Of a DNA stretch of 64,000 nucleotides, positions 61,241-64,000 are shown one piece after another (the first letter of the stretch is position 1; every line of letters starts with the position of its first letter). Below the pieces are notes generated by a model, which was not told where the DNA came from, made no database searches, and saw nothing but the letters and a program-made list of their open reading frames with translations. Where the stretch lies: assembly GCA_963740355.1 (NCBI GenBank), contig CAVUDW010000002.1, positions 608,001-672,000 of the forward strand, read 5' to 3'. The DNA is from an uncultured Gemmatimonadaceae bacterium (GTDB lineage Bacteria; Gemmatimonadota; Gemmatimonadetes; Gemmatimonadales; Gemmatimonadaceae). The translations under genes and the position numbers were made by a program.

Positions 61241-63316
61241 TCAACCGACGGCAGTGACTTCGACGAGGTTGTCGTAGAACACCGGACCTTCGCCCATGTC
61301 GGTGAGGCGTTGCGACGTGGTGTCGTTGGCGTTGCGGCCGTCATCGGCGAGTTTCGTCCACCAGATCGACGGCGCCCAGATCACGCCGGGGCGGATGCCG
61401 GTCGAGATGCGCAGACGCGCGTGAAACGCGCCGCGGTCGTTCTGGATCTGCACCACCTGTTCGTCGTTCAGCGCCCGCAGCCCCGCATCATCGGGATGCA
61501 TGATGCACTCTGGCTCGCGCGCGGCCCGCCGAAGAGAAGGGACGTTGACGAAGGTGGTGTTGAGGAACTGGTGTGCGGGACTCGAGATGAGCTGCAACGG
61601 GAAGCGCGCGGCGAGCGCCGGGCTCGTTTCGACAGACTCATACGGGGCGATGTATGTCGGCACGGGATCGAGACCCAGCTCTGCCAAACGGGGCGAGAAG
61701 AACTCGCACCGGCCACTTGGTGTGAGGAATCCGCCCTCTGCGAAGGGGAGAAATGGGCGCGGCACATTCAACCGCACCCAGCCACGTTCCATGAGCGCCT
61801 CGAAGGTGACGCCCTGCATCCGCTGGTGATTCGATGCCAGCGCCTGCCGGATCATGGTGATGTCGTCATCACGCAGCGATGGGTCCTCCAACTGCATCGC
61901 GGCGGCGAGTCGCCGGAAGATCTCGGTGTTCGGGAGTGACTCTCCGACGGGGGCAATCGCCGGTCGGTTGAGCGACGCGTAGAGATGCCCGTACGCGGTA
62001 TGCACATCCCAGTGTTCGAGTTGTGTGGTCGCCGGAAGCACGAAGTCAGCCCAGTCAGCGGTATCGGTCAGGAAGTGCTCGAGCACAACCGTGAACAGGT
62101 CGTCACGCGCCAGACCGCGGCGCACGGCAGATCGATCAGGGGCGACGGCCGCGGGATTGCTGTTGTAAACGATCAGCGCCTGCACTGGTGGCCCGCCCAC
62201 GCCGGCGTCGGCGGCGGTGAGCGCCTCACCGAGAAGGCTCATATTGATGGTGCGCGCGGCCGGGCCGAGGTCGGGCCGCTGCAGCCCATCCTTGTTCATG
62301 GCGAAGGTTCCGCTCGACGACAGGTTCACACCGCCGCCGGCGCGGCGCCAATGCCCGGTGAGCGCAGGCAGGCAGGCGATGGTTCGAACGGCCATGCCAC
62401 CGCCTGCGTGCCGCTGCAGACCGTAGTTGATGCGCAGGAACGCAGCCTTTGCCGCGCCGTACGCTGCGGCCAGTGCAGCAATCCGCTCTGCGGCGATTCC
62501 TGTCACATCAGCGGTTCGCTCCAGCGTCCACTCCGCCGCACGCGCCCTCAGTGCGTCGACACCACTCGTGTACCGCTCGATGTAGTCGTGATCGAGCCAG
62601 TCATGTGCGAAGAGCTCATGCATGATGCCGAGTGCAAGGGCGGCGTCGGTGCCGGGCTTGAGTGCGATCCACTCGTCGCACTGCTCGGCGGTCCTGGTCC
62701 GGATCGGATCGATGCAGATGACTCGCGTGCCCTTCTTGCGCGCATCGAGCACGAACGGCCAGAGATGAGGGTTGGCCGTCAGCGTATTCGTGCCCCACAA
62801 GACAATGAGGTCGCTCTCCGGCACCCCCTCGATGTCTGCGCCAACGCTGCCGCCGACGGTCATCATCATGCCAACGCGTCCAGCCTCAGCGCAGATGGTC
62901 CGGTTGAGTCGACTGGCGCCGATGGCATGAAAGAATCGCCGATCCATCGAGCTGCCCTGCAGCTGCCCCATCGTCCCGGCGTACGAATAGGGCAGGATCG
63001 CTTCCGGTCCGTGCGGCCCATTCCGAATCGCATCGAGCCGTGCCGCGATTTCGGCGAGAGCGACTTCCCATGTGCAACGTTCGAACTGACCGCTCCCTTT
63101 CGGCCCGATGCGACGCAATGGCGTCGTCAATCGATCCGCGTGATACGTGCGATCGAGATATCGATTGACTTTTGCGCAGAGAAATCCGCTGGTGACGGGA
63201 TGCGATGGGTCACCCTGAATGCGCGTCGCGCGGCCACTTCCATCAACTGTGACGAGCGTGGCGCAGGTGTCCGGACAGTCATGCGGGCAGGCACCGCGGA
63301 CGACGGTTTCGGTCAC
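61241..63316 (-). CDS. Molybdopterin-dependent oxidoreductase (start uncertain, 63316-63370)
   Basis: CPHDCPDTC...C, LCAKV, IDP.RTRTA, PGTDAALA, YGLQRH, TADWADFVLPATT, HPDDA. Confidence 0.92.
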   Translation of the reverse strand: MTETVVRGACPHDCPDTCATLVTVDGSGRATRIQGDPSHPVTSGFLCAKVNRYLDRTYHADRLTTPLRRIGPKGSGQFERCTWEVALAEIAARLDAIRNGPHGPEAILPYSYAGTMGQLQGSSMDRRFFHAIGASRLNRTICAEAGRVGMMMTVGGSVGADIEGVPESDLIVLWGTNTLTANPHLWPFVLDARKKGTRVICIDPIRTRTAEQCDEWIALKPGTDAALALGIMHELFAHDWLDHDYIERYTSGVDALRARAAEWTLERTADVTGIAAERIAALAAAYGAAKAAFLRINYGLQRHAGGGMAVRTIACLPALTGHWRRAGGGVNLSSSGTFAMNKDGLQRPDLGPAARTINMSLLGEALTAADAGVGGPPVQALIVYNSNPAAVAPDRSAVRRGLARDDLFTVVLEHFLTDTADWADFVLPATTQLEHWDVHTAYGHLYASLNRPAIAPVGESLPNTEIFRRLAAAMQLEDPSLRDDDITMIRQALASNHQRMQGVTFEALMERGWVRLNVPRPFLPFAEGGFLTPSGRCEFFSPRLAELGLDPVPTYIAPYESVETSPALAARFPLQLISSPAHQFLNTTFVNVPSLRRAAREPECIMHPDDAGLRALNDEQVVQIQNDRGAFHARLRISTGIRPGVIWAPSIWWTKLADDGRNANDTTSQRLTDMGEGPVFYDNLVEVTAVG

Positions 63317-63395
63317 GATTTCGGCAACTTCGGCTGTATTCGGCACAATCCGGCAGGATTTTGGGGGCAATCACGAGATATATCTCGAAATCCAC

Positions 63396-63423
63396 TTGAC
63401 ACACGCACTTGCCGGAATATCCT
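63396..63423 (+). promoter_or_regulatory. Sigma-70-like promoter candidate
   Basis: TTGACA-N16-TATCCT. Confidence 0.5.
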
Positions 63424-63502
63424 TCACTCCGCTTCCAGCCGGCGGGCCCGCCGACCGGGAGCTTCAGTTTGTCACCACCTCGGATATCCAGGAGATTTCC
63501 CA

Positions 63503-63703
63503 ATGAAGCGTATCGCCACGTTCGCCGCCATGTTCGCACTCGCCGCCTGCGGCGCCAAGACCGAAGCCCCGAAGGTTGACTCGGCTGCAGCTGCTCCGGC
63601 CGCTGCCCCGGCTCCGGAAATGGCCGCCCCGGCCGTTGACACGACCAAGAAGGACAGCACGGCGATGGCCGCTCCGGCCGCTGACACCGCCAAGAAGATG
63701 TAA
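63503..63703 (+). CDS. Small Ala/Pro-rich lipoprotein (66 aa)
   Basis: AGGAGA RBS; MKRIATFAAMFALAAC lipobox; strongly biased codons; terminator follows. Confidence 0.85.
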   Translation: MKRIATFAAMFALAACGAKTEAPKVDSAAAAPAAAPAPEMAAPAVDTTKKDSTAMAAPAADTAKKM

Positions 63704-63725
63704 TTCGCCCTCACCGGCGAAGTTG

Positions 63726-63760
63726 GCGGGGCTGCTCTCACGAGCAGCCCCGCTTTTTTT
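63726..63760 (+). terminator. Intrinsic terminator
   Basis: GCGGGGCTGCTC-TCAC-GAGCAGCCCCGC followed by T7. Confidence 0.92.
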
Positions 63761-63804
63761 ACGCCTCTAGTCTTGTCTGCGGCGCGATCGATCCAAGAAC
63801 TACT

Positions 63805-63921
63805 GATTGGAGCCGTGCCGGCGCGAGGGTTCCATTCTCCCGCATTCGGCGCCGTACCGGCGAGCGTGGTCCACTCTCCCTCATTCGGCGCCGTACCGGC
63901 GCGAGACGTCCACACTCCCTC
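63805..63921. repeat. Degenerate ~39-bp tandem repeat, three copies
   Basis: Units start at 63805, 63843 and 63882; core CATTCGGCGCCGTACCGGCG...TCCA.TCTCCC. Confidence 0.8.
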
Positions 63922-63971
63922 ACGCGGAGGCGCGGTGGACGCGGAGCCGCGGTGGACGCGGAGCCGCGGGG
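63922..63971. repeat. 17-bp tandem repeat, three copies
   Basis: ACGCGGAG(G/C)CGCGG(T)GG at 63922, 63939 and 63956. Confidence 0.8.
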
Positions 63972-64000
63972 AACTGCTCGGGACGCCTGTGGCGGCGGAG

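Noticed and set aside
63805..63971. CRISPR array
   Set aside because: The units are degenerate, abut without unique spacers, number only three, and no cas genes are seen.

Overview
High-GC bacterial DNA. The gene repertoire looks Gemmatimonadota-like, which is an inference and not a database result. About 52 kb of the window is a cell-envelope glycan super-locus with these parts. (1) Three tandem paralogous PEP-CTERM genes, followed closely by exosortase and EpsI. (2) A Wzx/Wzy-type EPS cluster: flippase, GT2/GT4 enzymes, heparinase II/III-like protein, two AsnB-like amidotransferases, AlgD-like dehydrogenase, polymerase/ligase, priming transferase, Wza-like, Wzc, acyl- and methyltransferases. 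(3) A sigma-54 activator with a soluble histidine kinase. (4) A second, ABC-type glycan operon (gltA-wzm-wzt-rmlACDB-MTase-WbsX x2-GT2-GT-C). The most interesting signals are non-coding and regulatory. Sigma-54 -24/-12 boxes sit at nearly identical distances before each PEP-CTERM gene and recur before several glycan operons, often with a shared 18-bp upstream motif. A class-I c-di-GMP (GEMM) riboswitch precedes an Ig plus beta-helix lipoprotein gene inside the EPS cluster. A REC protein with a degenerate GGDEF (GSAEF) and an intact RxxD I-site lies between wza and wzc. Flanking genes are the metH 3' end, yggT, an aldehyde dehydrogenase, a short MutY, a VWA/MoxR-type pair, wbpB/wbpD-like genes, a His-less sensor kinase, a molybdopterin oxidoreductase and a small lipoprotein. 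Many single-base frameshifts look like consensus errors. No rRNA, tRNA, CRISPR array or transposase was seen.
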